A DNA stretch of 64,000 nt from an uncultured Acidobacteriota bacterium (lineage in GTDB: Bacteria > Acidobacteriota > Thermoanaerobaculia > Multivoradales > JAHEKO01): the NCBI GenBank assembly GCA_963713825.1, contig CAVQNG010000025.1, positions 448,001 to 512,000 of the forward strand. The letters run 5' to 3'. Positions within the stretch are counted from its first letter, which is position 1, and every line of letters starts with the position of its first letter. Positions 1 through 9,356 of this stretch are shown in pieces. The notes under the pieces were generated by a model, which ran no database searches, was not told the DNA's origin, and was given only the letters and a program-made list of their open reading frames with translations. The position numbers were made by a program, and so were the translations under genes.

Positions 1-1
1 C

Positions 2-85
2 GGCATCGAACAGCGGGAGATCATTCCCGTACGCTTCGTGCCGATGATCGGTGAAGTCGAAGGCGACAATCCTGGCGACCGCTGA
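2..85 (+). CDS. 3' end of a gene running in from the left, probably protein-L-isoaspartate O-methyltransferase
   Basis: Frame 2 reads GIEQREIIPVRFVPMIGEVEGDNPGDR*. VRFVPM resembles the conserved C-terminal motif of Pcm. Only 27 codons are visible. Confidence 0.55.
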   Translation, partial: GIEQREIIPVRFVPMIGEVEGDNPGDR

Positions 86-122
86 ACCGACTCTTGCAGC
101 AAACCACCCAGGCCTTGGAACT

Positions 123-154
123 CCCGAAGCCCTTAAGGCCCTAAGCTCCTGGGC
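123..154. repeat. Degenerate 8-bp tandem repeat (cccgaagc ccttaagg ccctaagc tcctgggc)
   Basis: 8-nt periodicity in a convergent intergenic gap. Similar to the arrays at 8174 and 60601. Confidence 0.45.
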
Positions 155-160
155 CTTGCG

Positions 161-1531
161 CTATCCGCTGATCCGCCGTGGTTCCTCGTCGATGGGCTCC
201 GGTGCGGTGAGGTCGCGCTTGGTCTGCTCCGAGACCTTCAACTCGGCCAGCCTGCGCCCCATCGGCAGTAGCCTGCGGTCGAAAGTCCCGACAGCTCGGT
301 TGTAGGCGTCGAGGGCCGACTTGAGTCCCTTGCGGACACCCTCCAGCTCTACTCCCAGCTTCGAGGCCCTGTCGTAGAGCTCGCGAGCAGCGGCGGCTAT
401 GGCGTCCGCGTTCTCGGCCATGGAGCGTTGCTGCCAGTAGATGGCCACAGTGCGCAAGAGTGCCACGAGAGTGGTCGGAGTGGCGATCAGCACCTTCGAA
501 CGCAGAGCCTCGACCTGCAGGTCGGGATCCTTGGAGAAGGCCGCACTCAAGAACGGATCGCCAGGCAGGAAAAGGACCACCAGATCGAGGTCGGAGCCGA
601 TGGCCTCGGCATAGTTGCGTGCGGCCAAGGCTTTGACGTGTCCCTTGAGCGCTTTGACGTGCCGCTCGAGGGCAGCTTCGCGCGCCGCTTCGTCCGTCGA
701 TTCAGTGGCCTCGAGGTAGTCGGTCAGCGGTGCTTTCGCATCGACGGCGATCTTCCTGCCACCTGGCAGGTTGACGATCATGTCCGGACGGCCACCGTCA
801 CCGATCGTTGTCTGCTCCTCGAAGTCGCAGTGATCGGTCATGCCGGCCAGCTCGGCGACGTTGCGCAAAGCGATCTCTCCCCAGCGACCGCGAACCTGGG
901 AGCTCCTGAGCGCCGTAGTCAGCGAGGTGGTCTGGTCCTGCAGGGTCTGGGTGGCCTTCGCCAAAGTCTCTACCTGCTGATCGATTCGGGAGTAGGCCTC
1001 GACCCGGGCCTGCTCGATCAAAAGGGTCTTCTCATCGAGTTTTCCCAGGGTCTCTCGAAGTGGGCTCAAGAGGGTTTCGATCGCCGTCTTGCGTTCCTCC
1101 AATTCGGCGCGGCCCCGCTCCTCGCTCGTCTTGAAGCGCTCCTGCGCCAGATTCAGGAACTGCTTGCTACTGCCGGCCAGCGCCTCGGCCGCCAACGCCT
1201 TGAAGCGGTTCTCGAGCTCGGTCTTGGACTGCTCGCTGAACATCTTGAGCTCGGCGATGAGCTGCTCTGCCTTGACCTCTCGCTCCTGGGCAACGGCCAC
1301 CTGGTTGCCGAGCTCGCTGAGGCCGGAGCGTGCCTCTTCGAGCCGGGCCTCGAGCTCTTCGCGACGGGTCGCCTCGAGCTGTGCTGCAGCTCGAGCCGCC
1401 GATAGCAGACCTGTTGCATCGAGTAGCTCTCTCTGGGATCGACCTGCCTTGACCAGGAAAGCGGCCGCAACTCCAACGATGGCTCCCACAAGGAAGCTCA
1501 GAAGAAGCGGCAGGAGGCTCTCGAAAGTCAT
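161..1531 (-). CDS. rmuC: DNA recombination protein RmuC
   Basis: N-terminal TM helix and coiled coil, then RGRWGE, RPDMIVNLPG, VDAKAP, LFLPGD and ATPTTLVALLR motifs. Start placed at ATG 1531. Confidence 0.92.
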   Translation of the reverse strand: MTFESLLPLLLSFLVGAIVGVAAAFLVKAGRSQRELLDATGLLSAARAAAQLEATRREELEARLEEARSGLSELGNQVAVAQEREVKAEQLIAELKMFSEQSKTELENRFKALAAEALAGSSKQFLNLAQERFKTSEERGRAELEERKTAIETLLSPLRETLGKLDEKTLLIEQARVEAYSRIDQQVETLAKATQTLQDQTTSLTTALRSSQVRGRWGEIALRNVAELAGMTDHCDFEEQTTIGDGGRPDMIVNLPGGRKIAVDAKAPLTDYLEATESTDEAAREAALERHVKALKGHVKALAARNYAEAIGSDLDLVVLFLPGDPFLSAAFSKDPDLQVEALRSKVLIATPTTLVALLRTVAIYWQQRSMAENADAIAAAARELYDRASKLGVELEGVRKGLKSALDAYNRAVGTFDRRLLPMGRRLAELKVSEQTKRDLTAPEPIDEEPRRISG

Positions 1532-1700
1532 ACTGCTTTCCGTAACGAAGCGCAGCAAGCAATGGCCAGGCTACAACGTCGGGCTTTGCCATCTTACTAC
1601 CACGGCGCAGGGTGGATTCGGCAGGTCTCTGACTCGCGCTCGGAGCCCGATCGATGAGGCTACAATAGTGTCGCTGGACGCCGATCTTCTCGGAGTGGCT

Positions 1701-2972
1701 GTGGACCGCAATCGATCAACGAATCGTATGGCCTGGGAGTTTCTGGCACTTCTGGGCGTAGTGATCGGCTCAGGGTGCGCGAGCTTCAAGCCAGTTCCAA
1801 TGGATGACGTTGGGTTCCTGGATCGCGCGGAGAGCCAGACCGAGGGCGATTTGACGGTCAGCGTCGTCGTGCTCTCTCAGGATGAGGCGAGGCAAGCTTT
1901 CGATTCCAAGTTGTACAAGAAGAAGATCCAGCCGGTCTGGGTCCAGGTCGAGAACAGGAGCCAGGAGCAGTTCTGGTTTCTGCCACGGGATCTGGACGCC
2001 GAGTATTTCTCACCTCTGGAGGTGGCCTGGAAGAGCCACCGCACGTGGGCGAAGTCGACGAATCGTGAGATCGACCACTATTTCCACGGCAAGCAGATGT
2101 TTCTCTCGGTGCCCGCCGAAAGTGTCGCCTCGGGATTCGTGTTCACGAATCGCAATCGGGGGGCCAAGTGGGTGTCTGTAACGCTAATGAGCAATGACAT
2201 CGTCGAGAACTTCGGATTCCTGCTGCCGGTGCCCGGATTCAAGGCCGATTTCGATCAGGTCGACCCCGACACTCTCCCAGCCGCCGAGGACCTCGTCGAC
2301 CTGGATGAGGAAGGGCTGCAGGGTTGGATCGCAGAGCAGCAGTGCTGTGTGACCAATGCCAAGGGGACCGTGAACGGAGATCCTCTGAACATCGTCGTGG
2401 TTGGAACGGACCTGACAATCTGGCCGGCCTTCATTCGTGCCGGGTGGACCCCCACGGCTTCGATGCGCGGTAGCTCGATTCTCAAGTTGGGGGTCGCCGG
2501 GATCTTCGGAACCGGCTATCGGTACGCTCCGATCAGTCCTCTCTACCTCTTCGGGCGGCCCCAGGACATAGCCCTGCAGAAGGCTCGGGACAATGTTCAC
2601 GAGCGTAACCACCTACGACTCTGGCTGGCGCCGGTGACGTTCGCAGGCAAGCCCGTGATGATTGGTCAGATCAGCCGCGACATCGGCACTCGACTCACCA
2701 CCAAGAGCTCTACCTTCACGACCCACAAGATCGACCCCGACGTCGATGAGACGCGGGCCTACCTGACCCAGGATCTGATGTACTCGCAGGCACTGGAAGC
2801 ATGGGGACATGTGGATGGAGGTACGTCGGCGTCCTTCGACGAGCCGGGAAGGAACCTGACCGGTGATCCCTATTTCACGGATGGAATGCTGGCCGTCTAC
2901 TTCCTGACCGATGCTCCTACATCGGTTCTGGATGTCGAGTATCTGCGCTGGGACACTCCCTCGCCGCGATAG
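1701..2972 (+). CDS. Lipoprotein with LssY-like C-terminal domain
   Basis: Lipobox-like GSGC. GDPLNIVVVG, APISPLYLFGRPQD, RNHLRLW and THKIDPDVD are typical of LssY_C. Start is GTG 1701 (GGAG upstream) or ATG 1728. Confidence 0.75.
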   Translation: MDRNRSTNRMAWEFLALLGVVIGSGCASFKPVPMDDVGFLDRAESQTEGDLTVSVVVLSQDEARQAFDSKLYKKKIQPVWVQVENRSQEQFWFLPRDLDAEYFSPLEVAWKSHRTWAKSTNREIDHYFHGKQMFLSVPAESVASGFVFTNRNRGAKWVSVTLMSNDIVENFGFLLPVPGFKADFDQVDPDTLPAAEDLVDLDEEGLQGWIAEQQCCVTNAKGTVNGDPLNIVVVGTDLTIWPAFIRAGWTPTASMRGSSILKLGVAGIFGTGYRYAPISPLYLFGRPQDIALQKARDNVHERNHLRLWLAPVTFAGKPVMIGQISRDIGTRLTTKSSTFTTHKIDPDVDETRAYLTQDLMYSQALEAWGHVDGGTSASFDEPGRNLTGDPYFTDGMLAVYFLTDAPTSVLDVEYLRWDTPSPR

Positions 2973-2991
2973 CAGGCTGCAACCAGGAGAA

Positions 2992-4524
2992 ATGATGGCC
3001 ATCACCCTCACCGGCAAGTCACTGACGATGGAAGACGTCGAAGCGGTAGCCCGCCGGGGCGAACCGGTCGAGCTGCATTCAGAAGCCGTACAGCGCATCA
3101 ACGATTGTCGCGCTTTCATCGAGCAGCGCATCGTCGCCCGCGAGATCATGTATGGCGTCAATACCGGCATCGGCGAGTTCAGCGAGGTCGTACTCGACGA
3201 CGATCAGGTGCGTGAGTTTCAGCGATACCTGGTTTATAACCACGCAGCGGGCATCGGAGATCCAGCCCCGGTCGATCATGTGCGTGCCGCGATGCTGCTA
3301 CGCGCCAACATGCAAGCCAAGGGGCACTCGGCCTGCCGATTGGAGATCACCGAGACTCTGGTGGAGATGCTCAATGGAGGCGTCACTCCGGTGGTCTGTG
3401 AGAAGGGCTCGGTAGGGGCCTGTGGCGACCTGGCGCCGATGAGCCAGATCGCCCTTCTGATGATGGGTGAAGGCGAGGCTTTCTATCGAGGCGAACGGTT
3501 GCCGGGTTCCGAGGCGTTGGAACGAGCCGGAATTCCGATCCCTGGCCTCCAGGCCCGGGACGGGCTTTCGACCATCAACGGCTCCAATCTGCTTACCGCG
3601 ATCGGGGCTCTGGCGCTCTATGATGCCGAGCGTTGGGTCAAGCAAGCCGAAATCGGCGCCGCCCTGTCGCTCGAGGCACTGCGGGCCAATATGAAGCCCT
3701 ATGACCCGCGGCTGCACGAAATGAGGGGCTTCCAAGGTGCCGTGATCACTGCCGCCAATCTGCGCCGGATCATGGATGGCTCCGACCTGCTGACCGGTAA
3801 GGAGAAGGTCAAGGTTCAGGATGCCTACAGCATGCGATCGACGCCTCAGGTCATCGGTGCGGCCCGCGATCAGATGCGCTGGACGCGACAACAGATCGAG
3901 ATCGAGATCAACGGCATCGGAGACAATCCAGTCTTCTTGCCCGAGGACCAGGTGGTGCTGACAGGGGCAAATTTCCAGGGAACCCCGGTCAGTCTGCCGA
4001 TCGACACCCTGGGCGCTGCCATCACCATGGTGTGCGTGCTCTCCGAACGCCGCATGAATCGGCTGACCAATCCGGCCTTGAGCGCCGGCTTGCCACCGTT
4101 CTTGACCAAAGGGGCTGGCATGTTCTCCGGCATGATGCTCAGCCAGTACACCGCCGACATGCAGATTGTCGAGCAGAAGTTGCTCTCTGCCCCCGCCTTC
4201 ATTCAATCGATACCGGCCGCCGCGGATCAGGAGGACTTCGTATCGATGGGTATGAACTCGGCGCTGAAGACGAGGCAGATCCTGGACGTTGCCTGCGGGG
4301 TGTTGGGAATCGAGTTGATGGCCGCGGCGCAGGCGCTCGATTTGCGGGATTTCACTCCCGGACGCGGTTCCCGGGCGGCGCATGCCGCCATTCGGCGCCA
4401 TGTCGACTTCCTGGACGAGGATCGCCCGCTCTATTGCGACCACAACGCGATGATGACCGTGGTCCGCGACCTCGACGTGCTCGAGGCTGTGGAGGCCGAG
4501 GTGGGCGAGCTCGCGACCTACTGA
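2992..4524 (+). CDS. MIO-dependent aromatic amino acid ammonia-lyase family protein (HutH-like, divergent, Ala-Cys-Gly triad)
   Basis: YGVNTG, HAAGIG, GSVGACGDL, ING, QDAYSMR, DNP and QEDFVSMG motifs. AGGAG RBS at 2985. Confidence 0.88.
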   Translation: MMAITLTGKSLTMEDVEAVARRGEPVELHSEAVQRINDCRAFIEQRIVAREIMYGVNTGIGEFSEVVLDDDQVREFQRYLVYNHAAGIGDPAPVDHVRAAMLLRANMQAKGHSACRLEITETLVEMLNGGVTPVVCEKGSVGACGDLAPMSQIALLMMGEGEAFYRGERLPGSEALERAGIPIPGLQARDGLSTINGSNLLTAIGALALYDAERWVKQAEIGAALSLEALRANMKPYDPRLHEMRGFQGAVITAANLRRIMDGSDLLTGKEKVKVQDAYSMRSTPQVIGAARDQMRWTRQQIEIEINGIGDNPVFLPEDQVVLTGANFQGTPVSLPIDTLGAAITMVCVLSERRMNRLTNPALSAGLPPFLTKGAGMFSGMMLSQYTADMQIVEQKLLSAPAFIQSIPAAADQEDFVSMGMNSALKTRQILDVACGVLGIELMAAAQALDLRDFTPGRGSRAAHAAIRRHVDFLDEDRPLYCDHNAMMTVVRDLDVLEAVEAEVGELATY

Positions 4525-4564
4525 AGCCAGCAGATCCTAGGCTCTGTGCTTTGGGTGGATTGAA

Positions 4565-4640
4565 TGGTGGAGCAGAGGGGACTCGAACCCCCGACCCCCA
4601 CGTTGCGAACGTGGTGCTCTCCCGGCTGAGCTACTGCCCC
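4565..4640 (-). tRNA. tRNA-Ala (CGC)
   Basis: Reverse complement GGGGCAGTAGCTCAGCCGGGAGAGCACCACGTTCGCAACGTGGGGGTCGGGGGTTCGAGTCCCCTCTGCTCCACCA: 76 nt, cloverleaf, G3:U70 pair, anticodon CGC, encoded CCA. Confidence 0.97.
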
Positions 4641-4733
4641 ACGCCAAAGTCGGCAGCGAATTGTACCTCTGGCGCCAAGGTGCCACAAGCTCCTACCTAC
4701 TCGGCTGGAGCGTTGCCGTTCTGAAGCTCTCAG

Positions 4734-6134
4734 CTACCAGGTCGCTTCGTCACCATTGGTGGGTAGCTGGGCTCGGGGTCTCGGCGAGTCTCCAGACCGC
4801 AGAACGGCGGCGAGCGCCTTGCGCGACTGGTCTTCGCCATGGTTGAGAAAGACCTGCCCTGGGGTGCTGGGTAGGTCCTCGAACCAGCGTACAAGCTCCC
4901 CCTGATCGGCATGCGCCGACAGGCCATGCAACAGCAGGATCTCTGCCTCGACCGGTATCGGTTGACCGTGAATGGAGACGGTCTCGGCGCCGTCTACCAG
5001 AGCTCGTCCGCGGGTGCCTCCTGCCTGGTAGCCGACGAAGACCACAGCGTTCTTGGAGTCAGCCAAGCGATGCTTCAAGTGGTGGACGACGCGGCCCCCG
5101 GTTGCCATACCGCTCGCAGAGACGATCACGGCTGGCTCTGTCCGGTTGTTGAGGGCCTTGGACTGCTCGGAGCTGAGGCATCGCTGGAAACGATCCGGGG
5201 CCAGCGGATCGAGATGCTGTTCCACGAGCTCCTTCAGGTCCTCGTCGTGCTCGGCGGTTGCCTGATCGTAGAGATCGGTGGCCTTGATCGCCATGGGGCT
5301 GTCGAGGAACACCGCGTTCGGATCCAGTTTTCCATCGTCCGCCAGCTGCGACAGGTGATAGAGGACTTCCTGAGTGCGACCCAGGGCAAAAGCGGGGATG
5401 ATCACGGTGCCTCCCCGCTTGAAGACCCGATGGATCACCTCCTTGAATCGCCGTTCGGGATCGGTCTGTTGGTGATGCCGATCGCCGTAGGTAGACTCCA
5501 GAATCAAGGCGGCAGGAGGGGCGAGAGGCGGCTCTGGGTCCTTGATGATGGGTACGTCGTATCGTCCGACGTCGCCGGAAAAGCACCAGCTCCGTCGCTG
5601 TCCGTCGCTGCCTTTAGCCTCGATTTCGAGACTGGCGGCGCCGAGCAGGTGGCCGGCGCGACGGCACCGAACATGAATGCCCGGCAGGATCTCCGTCGCC
5701 TGGTCGAAGGCGAGAGGCTTGAGGAGCTTCAACGTCTGTCGAGCGTCCTTGGCTGTATACAGCGGGCGTGGGTCCGCGTGGCGGCTGTAGCCCTTCTTCG
5801 CTGCGTAGCGGGCTTGCTCCTCTTGCAGATGGCCGGCGTCCTGCAGGATGAGCGACACCAGCCCACGGCTCGGCTTCGAGCAGTAGATCGGACCTTCGAA
5901 CCCCTCCGCGACCAATCGTGGCAGCAGACCCGTGTGATCCAGGTGGGCGTGCGTCAGGAGGACGGCCCCGAGCTCATGCGGTTTGTACCGAAATGTCCTC
6001 CAGTTCGACTGCTCCAGCTCTTCGTTTCCCTGGTACAGGCCGCAGTCCACGAGAACCTGGGTCTCTCCCCATTGCAGATGGGTGCTGCTACCCGTTACCG
6101 AACCGCACGCGCCGCAAAAGGTGACTCGCCCCAT
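4734..6134 (-). CDS. MBL-fold beta-CASP ribonuclease
   Basis: VTGS, DCGLYQG, THAHLDH, AGHLLG, SGDVG, ESTYGDR, PAFALGRTQE and LSAHAD motifs. ATG 6134. Confidence 0.92.
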   Translation of the reverse strand: MGRVTFCGACGSVTGSSTHLQWGETQVLVDCGLYQGNEELEQSNWRTFRYKPHELGAVLLTHAHLDHTGLLPRLVAEGFEGPIYCSKPSRGLVSLILQDAGHLQEEQARYAAKKGYSRHADPRPLYTAKDARQTLKLLKPLAFDQATEILPGIHVRCRRAGHLLGAASLEIEAKGSDGQRRSWCFSGDVGRYDVPIIKDPEPPLAPPAALILESTYGDRHHQQTDPERRFKEVIHRVFKRGGTVIIPAFALGRTQEVLYHLSQLADDGKLDPNAVFLDSPMAIKATDLYDQATAEHDEDLKELVEQHLDPLAPDRFQRCLSSEQSKALNNRTEPAVIVSASGMATGGRVVHHLKHRLADSKNAVVFVGYQAGGTRGRALVDGAETVSIHGQPIPVEAEILLLHGLSAHADQGELVRWFEDLPSTPGQVFLNHGEDQSRKALAAVLRSGDSPRPRAQLPTNGDEATW

Positions 6135-6280
6135 GGTCGTAGGCTCCTCTGAGAATTCAAGCTGTGATCGTACCACCGGTGTGGCTGGCCTACTGTGCCG
6201 CGTGAGCTGTTCTGTTGTGGTGCGATGGTGGATGGTGTACCTTTAGAGGAAGTAGGGAAACCCGTATGCAGGAGGAAGAA

Positions 6281-6763
6281 ATGTCGGACAAGTTGAAAGA
6301 TATCGACGCAGCGATCGACAAAGATGCGAAGGCAGCTGAGAAGAGCGCGAATGAGAGCCTCGACAAGGCGCGCCAGAAGTTCTCCGAGGTAGCCAGCGAG
6401 GTCGAGAAGAAGGTCAAGGACATCGGTGGAGGCGCCACTCAGCAAGTCAAGGAGTCGGCGGAGAAGGCCGGAGTCGTAGCCAAGGAAAAGTACGGCGCGG
6501 CGAAGGATGTCGCCAAGGAGAAATACGACGTGGCCAAGGATGTGGCCAAGGAAAAGTACGACGTAGCCAAGGATGTGGCCAAGGAGAAGTACGACGTGGC
6601 CAAAGACAAGGCGCGTTACGGCTACGACAAGGCTCGCAAGGACATGGACCATCTGACGGAGGACGTCAACGAGTACGTCCGGGACAATCCGGGCAAGTCG
6701 GTTTTGATGGCCGCCGGTGTCGGGTTCGTGTTGGGCTTGCTGCTGCGGGGCCGCCGCGACTAA
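6281..6763 (+). CDS. ElaB/YqjD/DUF883-like membrane-anchored protein with LEA-like 11-mer repeats
   Basis: GGAGG RBS. C-terminal YVRDNPGKSVLMAAGVGFVLGLLLR anchor. Internal AKEKYDVAKDV repeats. Confidence 0.8.
   Translation: MSDKLKDIDAAIDKDAKAAEKSANESLDKARQKFSEVASEVEKKVKDIGGGATQQVKESAEKAGVVAKEKYGAAKDVAKEKYDVAKDVAKEKYDVAKDVAKEKYDVAKDKARYGYDKARKDMDHLTEDVNEYVRDNPGKSVLMAAGVGFVLGLLLRGRRD
6479..6610 (+). repeat. 4 x 33-bp coding tandem repeat (AKEKYDVAKDV)
   Basis: gccaaggaRaaRtacgacgtRgccaaggatgtg units; differences are mostly synonymous. Confidence 0.9.
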
Positions 6764-6774
6764 TCGAGGGGGAG

Positions 6775-7011
6775 TTGGTGGAAGAACAGATTCCCGGGGC
6801 CGATGAGGTTGTGGACGAGGTCCTGCCGGCAGAGTTGGATTGGCAGAGACTGGTGCGCCGCTATCCGATCGCATCGATTACCATCGCTGCGATCGGCGGC
6901 TATGTCCTGGGCCGCAATCGTGGCGAGGAGATCGTCGAGGCGCTGTCCAATCACGCGGCCGACCTGGTGACTGGGCAGGTCAACGACGTCCTGGGCAGGC
7001 ACATCCTGTAG
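6775..7011 (+). CDS. Small membrane protein (YqjD-like hydrophobic segment)
   Basis: GGGGAG RBS. LVRRYPIASITIAAIGGYVLG segment. Starts 11 bp after the previous gene. Confidence 0.65.
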   Translation: MVEEQIPGADEVVDEVLPAELDWQRLVRRYPIASITIAAIGGYVLGRNRGEEIVEALSNHAADLVTGQVNDVLGRHIL

Positions 7012-7056
7012 CGTCGTTCGCCGCCGACCGGCTGGCCGTGAGTTCCCACCGTCGTC

Positions 7057-7941
7057 GTGCGTCAAATCCTTCATATCTCCGACGTCCACTTCGGCCCCCC
7101 TCACCTATCCGAGCTGGCCGCCGGAGTTCTTACCTTCATCGAAGACCGCAAGCCCGACCTGGTGGTCATCTCTGGTGATCTGACTCAGCGCGCCAAGCCC
7201 CACCAGTTTCAGGAGGCGCGGCAGTTCGTCGATCAGATTTCGGTACCGACACTCGTGGTTCCGGGTAACCACGACGTGCCCCTCTATCGATTCTGGGAGC
7301 GCTTCCTGAGCCCCTACGGGGCTTACAGCCGTCACTTTAGCGCGGAGCTCGAGCCCGTCTATCGAGATGAGGAGCTGCTGGTCGTGGGTATCAACACCGC
7401 GCATGGCTGGACCTTCAAGGATGGCAGGATTCGGCTGCGCCGATTACTGGAAGTGGCGCAAGTGCTCGAAGATGCACCGCCCGATCTACTGAAGGTGGTT
7501 GTGGCTCATCATCATCTGATACCACCACCCTGGTTCGGCACCCAACGAGTCCTCACGAACGCCTATGAAGCGATGGATCTGTTTACCTCCCTGGGGGTCG
7601 ACCTGATCCTCTCCGGGCATCTGCATCAGTCGTTCATCGGTAACTCGGAGGAGTTCTATCCCCAGGGCAGACCTCCGGTGGTGATTCTTCATTCGGGCAC
7701 CACGACCTCGAACCGGGGCCGGGCCAGAGAGCGTGACAAGAACACCTGCAACTGGATCCAGGTCGGAGGCGATTTCATGGTGGTGTCGAACTTCCGCTGG
7801 GAGCCGTCACTGCACCGTTTCGCGGAGCACAGCCGCCACTGGTACCCACGGCATTGTCGCTCTCCCTACACGCTGGAAGGCCTGGTCGAGCCGCTTGGTG
7901 GCGAAGCCGAATCGCCCGGGACGACAGCGATCCTGCGCTGA
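7057..7941 (+). CDS. Calcineurin-like metallophosphoesterase (CpdA/Icc-like)
   Basis: HISDVHFG, SGDLTQ, PGNHD, HHH and SGHLH motifs. Confidence 0.9.
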   Translation: MRQILHISDVHFGPPHLSELAAGVLTFIEDRKPDLVVISGDLTQRAKPHQFQEARQFVDQISVPTLVVPGNHDVPLYRFWERFLSPYGAYSRHFSAELEPVYRDEELLVVGINTAHGWTFKDGRIRLRRLLEVAQVLEDAPPDLLKVVVAHHHLIPPPWFGTQRVLTNAYEAMDLFTSLGVDLILSGHLHQSFIGNSEEFYPQGRPPVVILHSGTTTSNRGRARERDKNTCNWIQVGGDFMVVSNFRWEPSLHRFAEHSRHWYPRHCRSPYTLEGLVEPLGGEAESPGTTAILR

Positions 7942-7947
7942 CCAGAC

Positions 7948-7995
7948 GTTGAGGCGCCCGGTCGCACCTCCCGGCCGATCTTTGAGGGCTTGGGG
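7948..7995 (+). repeat. Dispersed ~48-bp 3'-UTR repeat, copy A
   Basis: gttgaggcgcccggtcgcacctcccggccgatctttgagggcttgggg. 42/48 identical to 60197-60244 by manual alignment. Confidence 0.75.
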
Positions 7996-8173
7996 TTGAG
8001 GCGTCTGTCGCTAGCTCCAGCCGGTCCTTGAGGGCTTGGAGCTGAGAGGGTCGATCTGGACCAGGGATCTCCCCCGTCTGCGGCCTCACCCGACCATGCC
8101 CCTCCGACGAGGGAGACCCATGGCCCGATCTACCACCGTCGAGACACATCGAGATTCCGACTACTGACTCACT

Positions 8174-8221
8174 CCCTACGCCCCTAGGCCCCTTCACCCC
8201 TAGGCCCCTACACCCCAGACC
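8174..8221 (+). repeat. 8-bp tandem repeat array (consensus ccctaNNc, 6 units)
   Basis: ccctacgc ccctaggc cccttcac ccctaggc ccctacac cccagacc. Confidence 0.8.
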
Positions 8222-8413
8222 TCCACGAAATGATCGTCAATGGATCAGGACCCAGGACCTCAGAACCCCAGGATGGGTCGGAAGACTCCGGACTCGGAGT
8301 GATGGAGAGTCTATGGCCGAATGGTCTCTGATTTGCCATCGCACAACCATCCGAGTGTTCTATGATCCACTGGGCTTCGCAGCGAGGAGGCCAACAACTG
8401 AGGATTGTTACGA

Positions 8414-9337
8414 ATGAGTACTACAGATCTGACAACAACCCCAGCCGCAGTGGATGACTTGAGACTCGCTGATGAGCTGGAGAACTTCCAGGAGATCGCC
8501 GGAGTCCTGAAGCCGTCGTGGGGCGCCATCCCGAAACTCTCCGGCGTCGATATCAGCGCCGTCTCCCTTCCTTTGCAGGGAACTGCGGGCGGTGATCACG
8601 TCATCTTCATCGACTTCAACCGGCGCTACGATCTACCGCAGCGCATCGAGGCGGCTCTGAGGGAAGGTTCTGAGGAAGTCGCGGATCGGTTGCGTGAATG
8701 TCGGCATCGCGCCGGAATCCTGTTGGCCGACGTCTCGGGGCATCGGGTGACGGACGCGTTGATCGCAGCGATGCTGCATCAGGCGTTTCTCGTCGGGGCC
8801 TACTACGAGCTCGATCGCTTCGGCGAGATCACCACCAAGCTGTTCGAGCACATCAATCAGCGATTTTTCGCTACCACGAAGATCAACAAGTACCTGACAA
8901 TGATCTACGGTGAGATCTGGGAGCAGGGACGATTCCGATTCATGTCGGCCGGGCATCCCAGGCCGATGGTGTTCTCTCGAGAGTTCGGGGAATTTGTCGA
9001 CATCAGCGAGGATAGGCTCGTCTCGTATCCTCCGGTCGGCATGTTTCCCTCCGATACCAGCCTGAGCGAACGGGTGGAGGCTGGACGTCTCGAATCCAAA
9101 CAACCCTACACGGTCAACGAGATCGATCTGCTGGCCAACGGCGACATCCTGCTGCTCTATACCGATGGGCTGTCGGAGCACGCCGATGGTGAGTACTTCC
9201 CTGCAGCAATTGAGCAGACCCTTGCCCGAGTCAGGGACCAGAGCGCCGCGATCATCTGCGAGAAGCTGAAGCAGGATGTTCTTGCTTTCGCGCCCGCCAC
9301 GGACGACATCAGCTTCGTGGTGATCAAAAAGACCTGA
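8414..9337 (+). CDS. Stand-alone PP2C/SpoIIE (RsbU-like) serine phosphatase
   Basis: GGDH, ADVSGH, SAGHP, LYTDGLSE and DDISFVVI motifs. No GAF or receiver domain. Confidence 0.88.
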   Translation: MSTTDLTTTPAAVDDLRLADELENFQEIAGVLKPSWGAIPKLSGVDISAVSLPLQGTAGGDHVIFIDFNRRYDLPQRIEAALREGSEEVADRLRECRHRAGILLADVSGHRVTDALIAAMLHQAFLVGAYYELDRFGEITTKLFEHINQRFFATTKINKYLTMIYGEIWEQGRFRFMSAGHPRPMVFSREFGEFVDISEDRLVSYPPVGMFPSDTSLSERVEAGRLESKQPYTVNEIDLLANGDILLLYTDGLSEHADGEYFPAAIEQTLARVRDQSAAIICEKLKQDVLAFAPATDDISFVVIKKT

Positions 9338-9356
9338 AACGGGTGGGGCTCATCGC

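Noticed and set aside
4565-4640. tRNA-Ala as an integration site for an island
   Set aside because: No integrase nearby, and no duplicate of the tRNA 3' end was noticed in the window.
6479-6610. 33-bp direct repeats as a possible CRISPR or DNA-level element
   Set aside because: No spacers, in frame, and variation is mainly synonymous. It is a protein repeat.
7948-8060. Repeat-spacer-like pattern (ttgagggcttggRg every ~46 nt) resembling a mini CRISPR
   Set aside because: Only 2-3 degenerate units, the intervening segments recur elsewhere in the window, and there are no cas genes. Better explained as a dispersed UTR repeat.
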